Source: an uncultured Bacilli bacterium (lineage in GTDB: Bacteria; Bacillota_I; Bacilli_A; RF39; UBA660). Taken from it: a stretch of DNA of 39,383 nt. The notes beneath the pieces were generated by a model. The model was not told the DNA's origin. It ran no database searches and worked only from the letters and a program-made list of their open reading frames with translations. The stretch is taken from NCBI GenBank assembly GCA_944372275.1, contig CALVYO010000001.1, positions 1 to 39,383 on the forward strand, read 5' to 3'. Position numbers and translations under genes: made by a program. Shown here one piece after another: positions 22,950 through 34,729 of the stretch. How positions within the stretch are numbered: the stretch's first letter is position 1; each line of letters starts with the position of its first letter.

Positions 22950-23666
22950 TTATGGAAGAATTATTTTAAAATCAACGACCTTTGATAATGATAAATCATT
23001 ATCAATAACCATTCTTCTAATTGTTCCTGCTAACAAATCTGCTGCTTGAACAACATAACTTTTACCAGAATCTTGATAAGTCACTTTAACTTCTAAATCG
23101 GAAAAAACAATAGGATTTATTTTACCAGAATAGTTATAATTACATATTCCATATTTTAATTCCTCAATTAATCCATCACGTAAATTGTAATAACCGTTAC
23201 TTTTCGTACTTTGTTGATCGATATTAACAATTAAACGAATCGGTTTTGTCGCATTAATATTACCGTTTTTTATTAAATCCTTAATTATTTCTTTTATCAT
23301 TCTTCTAATTGAATAATCTAAAAACCTTCCTTTTGCTGCCTTACTTTCTTTAATGTGTTCATATACATCATCATTTTTTATTATTAACGCAACTACATAA
23401 TATTTTTTTATATAGTTCATTATTCTCCTTTTATCTGTTTTTTTTATATTAGTATTCTTAATTTCAGGACAATTATTTTGACATAAATCTTTAAAATTAC
23501 AATAACTACACTTTATGTCATTAATAATGCTTCTATATTGTGTAATAAATTTATCTTTTTCTTTTTTAGACAAGAAAACTAATCCTCCATAAACGCTTAT
23601 ATGTTCCTTTGAAGTTAGTTTTCCTGAATCATCTAAATTAATATATATTTCCTGTATTTCATTCAT
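22950..23666 (-). CDS. DUF3800 family protein
   Basis: N-terminal IYINLDDSGK and C-terminal VVQAADLLAGTIRR are the DUF3800 signature ends. Confidence 0.7.
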   Translation of the reverse strand: MNEIQEIYINLDDSGKLTSKEHISVYGGLVFLSKKEKDKFITQYRSIINDIKCSYCNFKDLCQNNCPEIKNTNIKKTDKRRIMNYIKKYYVVALIIKNDDVYEHIKESKAAKGRFLDYSIRRMIKEIIKDLIKNGNINATKPIRLIVNIDQQSTKSNGYYNLRDGLIEELKYGICNYNYSGKINPIVFSDLEVKVTYQDSGKSYVVQAADLLAGTIRRMVIDNDLSLSKVVDFKIILP

Positions 23667-23744
23667 TTAAAATCCTTCTTTCAAATGTTTTTATTATATC
23701 ATTTATTGTCATAAATTAAAATCAGGAACATTCCCAATTTAGAA

Positions 23745-25952
23745 TTATTCCTGATTTTTTTCTAATTTAACTAATACTTCTCTAGGTTTAGATCCATTAG
23801 AAGGTCCAATAATACCTCTTTCCTCTAATAAATCAATTGCCCTAGCAGCCCTATTATAGCCTAATCTAAATCTTCTTTGTAATAATGATGCACTAGCCTT
23901 ACCTTGCGTTACAACAAATTCTACTATCTCATTATATAGTGGTTCTTCCATTGCATCATCAGTCATCGTTGTAGCACCTTTCACATCTTCAGAAGCAACT
24001 TGCATTGATTCATCATATCTTGCTTTTTGTTGGGATATTGTATAATCAGCAACTGCTTTAATTTCTTCATCAGATATAAATGTTCCTTGAACTCTTATTG
24101 GAATATTTTCACCTTGTGGTAAAAATAACATATCCCCTTTACCTAATAATTTTTCCGCACCTGTCATATCCAATATTGTTCTTGAATCAATACTTGAAGA
24201 AACAGCAAATGAAATACGAGATGGTATATTAGCCTTTACAACACCAGTAATTACATCAGTAGATGGTCTTTGTGTAGCAACAATTAAATGAATACCTGCC
24301 GCTCTTGCCATTTGCGTAATTCGCATAATAGATTCTTCAACTTCTTTAGCGGCAACTAACATTAAATCTGCTAATTCATCGATTATAACTACAATATACG
24401 GTAGTTTTTTTATTTGACCAAATTCATCTTTTGTCTTATTTTTCTTTTCTAAATAAGCATTATATCCAGCAATATTTTTTGTTCCCGATTCTTCAAATAA
24501 ATCATAGCGATGTTCCATTTCCGTAACTATTTTTTTTAATACTATATTAGCCTTTTTAGGATCAGTTACAACAGGTGTTAATAGATGTGGAACACCATTA
24601 TACATTGATAATTCAACCTTTTTAGGATCGACTAAAACTAATTTAACTTCATCTGGTTTAGTACGCATTAATATTGATACTAACATGCTGTTAATACATA
24701 CAGATTTACCAGAACCAGTTGAACCTGCAACTAATAAATGCGGTGTTTTATTTATTTCACAATAAATTGGTTTACCCATTATATCTTTACCTAAAGTAAC
24801 TAATAATTTAGAATCTTCCATTCCTTTAGGAACACTTTCTAATATCTCTCTTACACTAACCATCGTTACAGATTTATTAGGTATTTCCACACCAACAGTT
24901 TTTTTGCCAGGAATTGGCGCTTGTATATGAACACTTTTAGCCGCTAGTGCCAAAGCAAGTTCTTTATCCAAACTTACTATTCTACTTAATTTAGTTCCTG
25001 CTTTAATGTCTAGTTCATATTGTGTTACAGCCGGTCCGATATTAATAGCCACTACTTTGGCTTCTATTCCAAAATCATGAAATACAGTTTGCAATATATC
25101 GATAGTATCTTTAATTGCATCTTGATTTTCTTTGTTATTTTTTTTAGTTGGTTTAGATAACAAACTAATAGGAGGATATTTATAATTAATATTTGTACTA
25201 TCACTTTTTATTTCATCTAATTCAATAGTTTCAATGTCATCTTTTTTAACTTCTTCAGTTTGAATAATTTCATCCATACTAGAAATTACAATTTTATCGT
25301 CTTTTTCATATTCATCTTCAACCTTTTTAATATGTTCTTTATCTTTAGTTTTATGCGCTAAATTAACTGTTCCTTGAACTGTCTTTTTAACTCCATTTTC
25401 TAATGATTTAATAATATCGTAAATTGTAATACCTGTAAATAAAATAAATCCACATATTATTAAAGCAATACTTACAACATTAGCACCTTGTAATGATACT
25501 AATTTTACCATTGTTACACTAAGAACTGCTCCTATCATTCCCCCACCTTGAATATCCATCGAACCATCAATAAAATAGTTTAAGTTATTAAATGTTTCTT
25601 CGATAACAGTTCCATAACCAATAGTATCATCAACAATTAATTGTTTGATATATCCTAAATGAAATAAACATAATATACCTAATATAATTATATATAATCC
25701 AATTAGTTTACTAGTTAATAAATCAGGTTTAGTTCTTTTAACAATCATATAACCACCGATTATACCAACTATTACTAATAAAATAGTCCATAAAACTCCA
25801 ACTAAGAAGCCAGCAAATCCAACTATAATATTAGATAATAATCCAAATCGACAGCAACCGATTATAGCCGCTAAGATTAATAATATACCATATATCTCAA
25901 CTCTTGCATTATTATCTTTCTTTACTTCTTTTCTTACTTTTTTCTTAGTCAT
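23745..25952 (-). CDS. ftsK: DNA translocase FtsK/SpoIIIE
   Basis: N-terminal TM helices. Motor domain with Walker A GSTGSGKS and VVIIDELADL. C-terminal gamma winged-helix LLQRRFRLGYNRAARAIDLLEERGIIG. Confidence 0.95.
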   Translation of the reverse strand: MTKKKVRKEVKKDNNARVEIYGILLILAAIIGCCRFGLLSNIIVGFAGFLVGVLWTILLVIVGIIGGYMIVKRTKPDLLTSKLIGLYIIILGILCLFHLGYIKQLIVDDTIGYGTVIEETFNNLNYFIDGSMDIQGGGMIGAVLSVTMVKLVSLQGANVVSIALIICGFILFTGITIYDIIKSLENGVKKTVQGTVNLAHKTKDKEHIKKVEDEYEKDDKIVISSMDEIIQTEEVKKDDIETIELDEIKSDSTNINYKYPPISLLSKPTKKNNKENQDAIKDTIDILQTVFHDFGIEAKVVAINIGPAVTQYELDIKAGTKLSRIVSLDKELALALAAKSVHIQAPIPGKKTVGVEIPNKSVTMVSVREILESVPKGMEDSKLLVTLGKDIMGKPIYCEINKTPHLLVAGSTGSGKSVCINSMLVSILMRTKPDEVKLVLVDPKKVELSMYNGVPHLLTPVVTDPKKANIVLKKIVTEMEHRYDLFEESGTKNIAGYNAYLEKKNKTKDEFGQIKKLPYIVVIIDELADLMLVAAKEVEESIMRITQMARAAGIHLIVATQRPSTDVITGVVKANIPSRISFAVSSSIDSRTILDMTGAEKLLGKGDMLFLPQGENIPIRVQGTFISDEEIKAVADYTISQQKARYDESMQVASEDVKGATTMTDDAMEEPLYNEIVEFVVTQGKASASLLQRRFRLGYNRAARAIDLLEERGIIGPSNGSKPREVLVKLEKNQE

Positions 25953-25994
25953 TTTAAATCACCTTCTACAATAAAATTATATCATATTTTATAA

Positions 25995-27682
<1,688 letters not shown>

Positions 27683-27692
<10 letters not shown>

Positions 27693-28471
27693 TTTGTATC
27701 CTTTCTTATATATTGTTCAATATTTTTTAAATAATTTATAATATATCTTTTTTTATCTATTGTTATATCTAAAGGCTCTAAAATAGAATTTAATTCATCA
27801 TTTAAAGTATTTAAGTTATTTAATATATCTTCTACATAATCAAAATAATTAGTTAATATGTAATCAATTATTTTAGGTATTTCAAAATATTGATTGCCGA
27901 CGCAACAATAAGGTGTTCCAACTGATTTAAAACTATTAAACGATAGACCATTATCATAAGAAGGAGGTAATCTATATTGTTTAGTCTTTTCATTAAATAT
28001 TAAACCAATATTTTCTAATTTGGAATCAAGATTATCGGTTAAACATTTACCAAATAATATTCTTATATAGTCTTGTTTTAATCGATCAATATCATCAAAA
28101 TCATATAGACTAGTATATTTATTAAATACTTGTTTAAAGCATAAATCCAATTCTTTATCTTCATCCTTATCTCTTATCACCTCGCATTCATAAATATCAT
28201 AAGATACATCGCCTTCGTCTAAAAAACTAGTAACTAAACAACAATTTTTTTTAGAAAAACCATCATACCCCAATTCAACATCGACACAAGGAATATTTAA
28301 TTCTTTTAAAATCAAACAAGTCAAATATTCCATAATGTCTTGATCGTTATTCTCACTTACTTTTACTAATTTTTTAACACCATTATCATCTACCCAAAAT
28401 TTTTCAAATATTGCCTTACCTCGTGGCTCTATTCTTAAAAATTCTAATTTTGTAACATCGATTCGTTGCAT
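27683..28471 (-). CDS. HipA C-terminal-domain-like kinase (short, HipT-like, 262 aa)
   Basis: CLTDNLDSKLENIGLIF....YRLPPSYDNGLSF aligns with the HipA catalytic core (G-N-x-D-x-H-x-K-N ... P-x-Y-D). The Asp, both Asn and the Y-D are kept; the His is Lys and the Lys is Glu. Confidence 0.55.
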
Positions 28472-28475
28472 ATAA

Positions 28476-28769
28476 TCATACTCTTTCTTTTATATGTTTT
28501 AGCATAATTTTATCGGTTATCAATTCACCTGTTTCATTTTCCATAAGTTCGATATCTTTGTATCTATTTTTGAAAGTTAAAAATAATTCCTTACTTTCGT
28601 AAATTTTATTTATATCACTCATATCGGGAAATGGTCTAAATCCTAATTTGATAGTTTCTTCAATATTATTATTATATTTAAAATACCATAAATTATCGTG
28701 AATTAAAAAACCAATTATTCTTTTATGTTTTAAATCATAACTACTCCAATAAACATAAAATAATTTCAT
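28476..28769 (-). CDS. HipA N-terminal-subdomain-like small protein (HipS-like, 97 aa)
   Basis: ..KRIIGFLIHDNLWYFKYNNN....GFRPFPDMS....ELFLTFKNR.. follows the HipA N-subdomain pattern (vG.L......F.Y ... lP ... ff.nLlP). Ends 4 nt before the kinase gene. Confidence 0.4.
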   Translation of the reverse strand: MKLFYVYWSSYDLKHKRIIGFLIHDNLWYFKYNNNIEETIKLGFRPFPDMSDINKIYESKELFLTFKNRYKDIELMENETGELITDKIMLKHIKERV

Positions 28770-28772
28770 AAA

Positions 28773-30101
28773 TCACCTCAAACTTTTTATTACTCTTTTG
28801 AAGTCATCTCCTCTATCTTCAAATTTTTCATATTGATCCCAAGAAGCACAAGCAGGACTTAATAAGATTACATCATCTTCTTTTGAATTATTATAGGCTA
28901 AAATAGTTGCTTCTTCTAAATTGTCTTTTTTATAACAAGTTATATTGTTTTTATTACAAAAATCTAAAATTCTATCTTTAGTTTGACCATAACATACGAC
29001 AAATTTAACATTTTTCATATGACTTAACAATTCATCAAAAGAATGTCCCCTATCTAATCCACCTAATAGTAAAATAGTAGGTTGTTTAAATGAATCTAAA
29101 GCAATAATAGTTGAAGTTACATTAGTTGCTTTGGAATCATTATAAAAACTTCTTTTATTTAATTCTTTAACAAATTCTAATCTATGTTCAACACCAGTAA
29201 AAGTAGTTAACACTTTTTTAATTACTTCATTAGAAACATTAAATTGTTTAGCTACGACAATCGCACACATAATATTTTCATAATTATGGTTACCTTTTAA
29301 TTTAATATCATTTAATTTAATAATTTCTTCATTATAATAAATTGCATTATTTTTAATATATATATCACAATCCTTAGAAGAAGAAAAATAAACTTTTTTA
29401 GATTTAATATCATTAGTTAAATCTATAACATCTTGATTACTACCATTTAAAATAGCTAAATCTAAATTAGTGTGATGATTAAATATTTTTTTCTTACATC
29501 TTTTATAATTTTCATAAGTTTTAAAATGATCTAAATGAACTGGCGTCAAATTAGTTAAAATGCCAATATCCGTTTTAAAATCATCAAAATCGTGTAATTG
29601 TTGAGCGGATAATTCGATTACAATTATTTCATTTTCTTTTAATTTATCTAATAAAGAACACATAGGATACCCAATATTACCACCTAAATGAACAGGTAAA
29701 TTTGCTTCCTTTAATATTTCATAAGTTAAAGTTGTCGTTGTCGTTTTACCATTACTACCAGTAATAGCTATTATTTTAGTATTTTTTGGTAGATAATGAT
29801 AAGCTACTTCTAATTCATTAATAACTGGTATGTTTAATTTACTGGCTTTTAAACATACTTGATGATCTACTTTTATACCAGGATTTTTAACAACATAAGA
29901 AAAACTATCATCTAATAACTCTTCTGGTTTATCAGTTATTATTAAATTGATTCCCAAACTTTTTAATTCTTTTACTTTTTCTTCATCTTGTTCTTTCATA
30001 TCGGTAATTAAAATTTCACAATTATGTTTAACTAAAACTTTAGCAACTTCATAACCAGATCTTGCCATACCTAATATGAACATCTTTTTATTGTCATACA
30101 T
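28773..30101 (-). CDS. murD: UDP-N-acetylmuramoyl-L-alanine--D-glutamate ligase
   Basis: FILGMARSG, AITGSNGKTTTTTL, ..GVEHRLE.. are Mur ligase motifs. The start is trimmed to the ATG at 30101 behind AAGGTGA. Confidence 0.9.
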   Translation of the reverse strand: MYDNKKMFILGMARSGYEVAKVLVKHNCEILITDMKEQDEEKVKELKSLGINLIITDKPEELLDDSFSYVVKNPGIKVDHQVCLKASKLNIPVINELEVAYHYLPKNTKIIAITGSNGKTTTTTLTYEILKEANLPVHLGGNIGYPMCSLLDKLKENEIIVIELSAQQLHDFDDFKTDIGILTNLTPVHLDHFKTYENYKRCKKKIFNHHTNLDLAILNGSNQDVIDLTNDIKSKKVYFSSSKDCDIYIKNNAIYYNEEIIKLNDIKLKGNHNYENIMCAIVVAKQFNVSNEVIKKVLTTFTGVEHRLEFVKELNKRSFYNDSKATNVTSTIIALDSFKQPTILLLGGLDRGHSFDELLSHMKNVKFVVCYGQTKDRILDFCNKNNITCYKKDNLEEATILAYNNSKEDDVILLSPACASWDQYEKFEDRGDDFKRVIKSLR

Positions 30102-30174
30102 TTTTATCACCTTACTAACATTATATCATTTTTTCTTATAAAATATAAAAAAATTGTATTATTTCATACAATTT

Positions 30175-30618
30175 TTACAAATTATTTAGTTTTTCTTTTA
30201 CTAATTTATTAACCAATGACATATCGGCTTTACCTTTAAGTAATGGTGAGATTTTACCCATAATTTTTCCAGTATCTTGAACACTAGTTGGTTTTACTTC
30301 AGCAAATACTTCTTCGATTACTTTATTTATTTCATCTTCACTCATCATAGCAGGCATATATTTTTCTAATATACTTATTTCTTTTTCTGTTTGTTTAATT
30401 AAGTCGGTTCTACCACTTTTTTCTAAATCTGTAATTGTCTCTTTTCTAGTTTTAATTTGTTTTGAAATTACAGCTACTACTTCTTCATCAGTTAATTCTC
30501 TTTTTTTACTAATTTCTTCTAATTGAATAGCACCTTTAACCATTCTTACAACATTAAGTAAATCTTTGTTTTGATTTTTCATCGCATTTTTTAAATCGAT
30601 CATTATTCTTTCTTTCAT
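30175..30618 (-). CDS. yqeY: GatB/YqeY domain protein
   Basis: MKERIMIDLKNAMK..VRMVKGAIQLEE..EISILEKYMP.. The start is trimmed to 30618 behind AAAGGGA. A 5-bp hairpin with a T-run (30637-30655) separates it from rpsU. Confidence 0.85.
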   Translation of the reverse strand: MKERIMIDLKNAMKNQNKDLLNVVRMVKGAIQLEEISKKRELTDEEVVAVISKQIKTRKETITDLEKSGRTDLIKQTEKEISILEKYMPAMMSEDEINKVIEEVFAEVKPTSVQDTGKIMGKISPLLKGKADMSLVNKLVKEKLNNL

Positions 30619-30653
30619 AATCATTCCCTTTCTATTTAAAAAAGCCATAAGGC

Positions 30654-30845
30654 TTAATTATAATTTCTTTCACGACGACGACTATTTTTAATAGCTTCTT
30701 TTTTAGCTTCTCTTCTTCTTTCTCCAGGTTTACTATAGTGTTCTCTTTTTCTTACTTCTTTTAGGAGGCCATCTTTAACATTTTTTTGTTTAAACATTTT
30801 TAATGCACCATCAACATTACCATTTTTGACTACAACTCTTGACAT
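30654..30845 (-). CDS. rpsU: 30S ribosomal protein S21
   Basis: MSRVVVKNGNVDGALKMFKQK...REHYSKPGERRREAKKEA. Confidence 0.9.
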   Translation of the reverse strand: MSRVVVKNGNVDGALKMFKQKNVKDGLLKEVRKREHYSKPGERRREAKKEAIKNSRRRERNYN

Positions 30846-30920
30846 ATGATCCCTCCTTCCACATAACTACTTGAAATTATATCACTTTTTTCTTTTATTT
30901 ACAATAGATTTTTAATAAAA

Positions 30921-30950
30921 ATAAAGAAAAAGAATGATTTTCACCATTCT
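30921..30950 (-). terminator. intrinsic terminator closing the bacteriocin operon
   Basis: Minus strand reads AGAATG-8 nt-CATTCT followed by TTTTCTTTATTTTT. Confidence 0.6.
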
Positions 30951-31106
30951 TTATACAGGACAAGAAGTTAAGCATCTAATAGAAGAACCTACTAAATTGC
31001 CAAATTTAAAGATTATTTCCACACAAATAGGAAACAAAGGTAATAAACAAAGTACTATAACTGCTAATATAATTTGTTTATAATGATTTTTTATTATACT
31101 GGACAC
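30951..31106 (-). CDS. candidate bacteriocin immunity protein (about 51 aa, start uncertain)
   Basis: Open frame reads (GTG)SSIIKNHYKQIILAVIVLCLLPLFPICVEIIFKFGNLVGSSIRCLTSCPV. Hydrophobic core. No ATG and only a weak RBS. Overlaps the 3' end of the preceding peptide gene. Confidence 0.3.
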   Translation of the reverse strand: MSSIIKNHYKQIILAVIVLCLLPLFPICVEIIFKFGNLVGSSIRCLTSCPV

Positions 31107-31255
31107 ATCGAACCTGATATTGCTCTTCTAATCGCACTACCTAAACTTCTTCCGACATCCATTATAGCATTAATACCTTTATAGATTGAAGTTAACAAAC
31201 TACCAGTAATATTAATACCACCTACTACTTGTAATAATTCTTCTTTTTCTAACAT
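31094..31255 (-). CDS. double-glycine-leader bacteriocin prepeptide (53 aa; not in the ORF track)
   Basis: AGGAGG, 6 nt, ATG. Reads MLEKEELLQVVGG / INITGSLLTSIYKGINAIMDVGRSLGSAIRRAISGSMCPV. The leader has E(-8), L(-7), V(-4) and GG(-2,-1). Confidence 0.8.
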   Translation of the reverse strand: MLEKEELLQVVGGINITGSLLTSIYKGINAIMDVGRSLGSAIRRAISGSMCPV

Positions 31256-31265
31256 ATTTCACCTC

Positions 31266-31400
31266 CTAATTACATTTAAGTGGTCTTATATAACCATCGA
31301 TAACACCGATTAAAAATATAATTCCTGCTCCTATTAATAAACCGGTACCTAAACCACCACCAGATATTTTTTGTAATTCATTTTTTTCTAACCTTGCCAT
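31266..31400 (-). CDS. double-glycine-leader bacteriocin prepeptide (44 aa; not in the ORF track)
   Basis: Reads MARLEKNELQKISGG / GLGTGLLIGAGIIFLIGVIDGYIRPLKCN. The leader has L(-12), E(-8), L(-7), I(-4) and GG. The mature part has tandem GxxxG motifs. The ATG overlaps the 3' end of the accessory gene, and the stop overlaps the RBS of the next peptide. Confidence 0.75.
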   Translation of the reverse strand: MARLEKNELQKISGGGLGTGLLIGAGIIFLIGVIDGYIRPLKCN

Positions 31401-31843
31401 TTTTTCAATCCTTTCTTTAATTCTTGATAAATTGTCGTTTTGTTATTTTTTAATACTAAATTAATAATATTATTTTCTATCAAATATTTTTCTTTTAAAT
31501 TAAAATTTAATATTACTTCATAACATAACTCATCATTATTAACAAAATATTCATCACTTATTGAAACAATTTCAAAATCATACTCTAAATCATCAACTAA
31601 CAAAATACTTGTAGATAATTCATTTACTTTATCATTAGGTACATAAATAATCGTATAAAATGAATTATCAATTTTTTTAATGTAGCCAAAATATGAATTA
31701 TAAATATTATACTCATACTTTAACGCTATAATTAAGAATAAGATAAAACTAATACTTAGAAATATGAGCCAAATAATTATTATTTTAGAGGTCTTTTTAT
31801 TTAATATATATGAATGGTTATTATGTATTTTTTGATAAATCAT
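31388..31843 (-). CDS. single-TM accessory protein of the bacteriocin exporter (151 aa)
   Basis: N-terminal TM (IIIIWLIFLSISFILFLIIAL) followed by a beta-rich ectodomain. Overlaps the ABC gene by 23 nt. The role is assigned by position only. Confidence 0.5.
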   Translation of the reverse strand: MIYQKIHNNHSYILNKKTSKIIIIWLIFLSISFILFLIIALKYEYNIYNSYFGYIKKIDNSFYTIIYVPNDKVNELSTSILLVDDLEYDFEIVSISDEYFVNNDELCYEVILNFNLKEKYLIENNIINLVLKNNKTTIYQELKKGLKKWQG

Positions 31844-33854
31844 CGATTATTTTTCCTTTCTCTATTTTTATTACTTTATCAAATAAATCCATATTATCTA
31901 AACGATGGGATATGAAAATTATCGTTTTATCTTGATATTCTTTTAAAATATTTTTCATAATTATGCGTTCCATATTTGTATCAACTTGACTCAATCCTTC
32001 ATCGATTATTAAAATATCAAAAGGATTAGAAATAGCGCGACTTAATATTATTCGTTGTTTCTCACCACCTGATAAATTAAAGCCGTTTTCTTCAATTAAA
32101 GTTTTATACCCTAATTGATTTTTTTTAACTATTTCATCGACTAAACATATTTTAGCTACTCTATAAATATCGTTACCTATATTGTTTTCAATAGTATCAG
32201 AAAATAATATTTCATTTTGTGATACATAAACAATATTATTTAATTTGTAGTCGTTAATATCAATATCACCAATATATACTTTATCTCTTTCAATTTCATA
32301 ATGTTGCTTTAAAATTTTAAATAAAGTACTTTTCCCACTACCACTACTACCTAATACCATAACCTTACTTTTTTGTTTTATCGTTAGATTAATATTTGAT
32401 AAAACATTAGTAACATCATCAAAACTATAACTTAGATTATTAAATACAATATCGCCAATAATAGGTTTAACTTGAACATCGTTTCTCTTATAATATAAAT
32501 ACAATATTTTTTTTATCGATATTTTTGCTTGTTTTAAATTGTTATCTAAATCAATGATATTTCTAATTGGACTTAAAAAGTAGATAAGTAAAGAATTGAA
32601 GGACAATAATGTACCAATCGTTATTTTGTTATCCATTACTAAAATAATTCCTACTAATATAATGACTAAAAAGCCAAGATTATTTATTAATTCTTTTAGT
32701 AAATATTGATAATTATAACATTCATCTAAGTCTTTAATTTTATTAGAATAAGTAGCATATTTATCTTCAAAATTATTAATAATTTTATTTTCTATATTAC
32801 ATCCTTTTAATGTTTCATAACCATTAATCGCTTCAACCATATAAGAAGTTACTAATGATTTATTCAAGATAGTTTCATCGATTGATTCATTAAATTTATT
32901 TCTAAATATAACTATTATTAATAAATAAAATAACATAATAACTAAACTTATAAAAAATAAAGTAGAATTTAAAATATACATAATTATTAAAGATAAAATA
33001 GTGAGCGGTAGATCGATAAATAAACTTAAAGCCACTTTGGCAATCACTTGTCTTACAGCTTCTAAATCATTTATCTTTGATATTATTTCACCAGTTGTAT
33101 TATTTTTATAATAACGATATGGGAGGTTTATTATTTGTTTAAAGGAATTGAAAGTAAGATTGAAATCTATTTTTTGATTAATTAAAATTAATATTTTGTT
33201 TCTTAAAAAATCGGATATTATTTTTAATAAATAAACAAGTAAAAATAACATAAATATTAAGATGATTTTCTGTTTAGAAAAAATATTATCTACCATATAT
33301 TGCATATAAAACGATGTGATAATAGAAAATATTGTAATAAAAATAGATATAATAACAACTTGAACCAATTGATTAGTTGAGGTATGAGTTATTTCTTTTA
33401 TAAATTTTATACACGAGTTATTGGGGGTATTTAGTATTTTTTTAATAGGATATAATATTATTAATACATTATTAAATATATTATCAAATTCTTTATACGA
33501 GCTATATTTACGTTTTCCAATCGGATCATTAATCAATAATCTTTTCTTTTTAAAATCTATTTTTTCAATTACAACATAATGTTTGTAGGAGTTATTTATA
33601 ATTACATGGGCAATACATGGAAGTATTACATTTTCTTTTTTTAAATCATTTAATTTACATTTAATTCCATAACTTTCAAAACCTAATTTTTTACTTGCTT
33701 CGATTAAGTGATACGCAGTCGTTCCTGATTTATCAGTTTTACACATTTCTTTTAAATCATTGATATCAACATTACCTTTATAATATCTAATTATATTAAG
33801 TAAACAACTTGGACCACAATCTTTTAAACCTTCTTGCTTAATTCTTTTAAACAT
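31821..33854 (-). CDS. bacteriocin-processing ABC exporter with N-terminal C39 peptidase domain
   Basis: C39 Cys box QEGLKDCGPSCLLNII. Six-TM domain. Walker A GSSGSGKST, signature LSGGEKQR, Walker B ILIIDE. Confidence 0.9.
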   Translation of the reverse strand: MFKRIKQEGLKDCGPSCLLNIIRYYKGNVDINDLKEMCKTDKSGTTAYHLIEASKKLGFESYGIKCKLNDLKKENVILPCIAHVIINNSYKHYVVIEKIDFKKKRLLINDPIGKRKYSSYKEFDNIFNNVLIILYPIKKILNTPNNSCIKFIKEITHTSTNQLVQVVIISIFITIFSIITSFYMQYMVDNIFSKQKIILIFMLFLLVYLLKIISDFLRNKILILINQKIDFNLTFNSFKQIINLPYRYYKNNTTGEIISKINDLEAVRQVIAKVALSLFIDLPLTILSLIIMYILNSTLFFISLVIMLFYLLIIVIFRNKFNESIDETILNKSLVTSYMVEAINGYETLKGCNIENKIINNFEDKYATYSNKIKDLDECYNYQYLLKELINNLGFLVIILVGIILVMDNKITIGTLLSFNSLLIYFLSPIRNIIDLDNNLKQAKISIKKILYLYYKRNDVQVKPIIGDIVFNNLSYSFDDVTNVLSNINLTIKQKSKVMVLGSSGSGKSTLFKILKQHYEIERDKVYIGDIDINDYKLNNIVYVSQNEILFSDTIENNIGNDIYRVAKICLVDEIVKKNQLGYKTLIEENGFNLSGGEKQRIILSRAISNPFDILIIDEGLSQVDTNMERIIMKNILKEYQDKTIIFISHRLDNMDLFDKVIKIEKGKIIDDLSKNT

Positions 33855-33910
33855 TTTTTACCTCCCTACTAGTTATATTAGCCAAAAGTATAGCGAATTC
33901 CTGCAAGAAT

Positions 33911-33938
33911 TAAAAAAAAATTGCATTTTTTTGCAATT
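33911..33938 (-). terminator. intrinsic terminator of yebC
   Basis: Minus strand reads AATTGCA-loop-TGCAATT followed by T8. Confidence 0.6.
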
Positions 33939-33960
33939 TTTTCTAATTTTACATAATTTT

Positions 33961-34677
33961 TTATATATTTGATACGTTGTGGTAAACATTTGAAACATCT
34001 TCAACATCATCTAACATAGCTAATAATTTGTTAAACAATTCTAAATCTTCACCAGTTAATTCAACTTTATCTTTTGCAAGCATAGTAATTTCATCCATAT
34101 CAAATGTAACATTAGGTAAAATTTTAATAATACTTTCTTTTATTTTAAATAAATCTTGTGGATCACCATAAATAACAATACCATCATCTTCTTCAATATC
34201 TTTAACATCTATATCATTTTCAATTAAGGCATTAATCGTATCATCAATACTTAATCCCTTAAAACTTACAATACATAAATTATCATAATTATAAGAAACA
34301 CTACCAATACTTCCCATTTTAATATGACATTTATTAACAACTGCTCTTAAATCACTTACACTTCTATTAACATTATCAGTTAAACATTCAACTATTAAAG
34401 TAGAACCTGCTGGGCCAAATAATTCATAAGTATTTTTAATATAATTTTCATCTATACCACTATTTACTTTATCGATTGCCCTTTTAATAATATCAGATGG
34501 AACTTGTTCTTTTTTAGCCCTTTCCACTAATCTTTTTAATGATGCATTAGCCTCTAAACTAGTACCACCATTTTTAGCTGCTTGATAAATTTCTTTAGCA
34601 TACATACTATAAATTTTGCCACGTGCTGCTCCTGTTTTTTGAATACTTGCTTTTCTTACTTCATACGCTCTTCCCAT
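33961..34677 (-). CDS. yebC: YebC/PmpR family DNA-binding regulator
   Basis: MGRAYEVRKASIQKTGAARGKIYSMYAKEI..AKKEQVPSDIIKRAI.. Confidence 0.9.
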   Translation of the reverse strand: MGRAYEVRKASIQKTGAARGKIYSMYAKEIYQAAKNGGTSLEANASLKRLVERAKKEQVPSDIIKRAIDKVNSGIDENYIKNTYELFGPAGSTLIVECLTDNVNRSVSDLRAVVNKCHIKMGSIGSVSYNYDNLCIVSFKGLSIDDTINALIENDIDVKDIEEDDGIVIYGDPQDLFKIKESIIKILPNVTFDMDEITMLAKDKVELTGEDLELFNKLLAMLDDVEDVSNVYHNVSNI

Positions 34678-34729
34678 TTCAAATCACCTCCTATATTTTA
34701 CATTTATTTTTTTTATTTATCAATATCTT

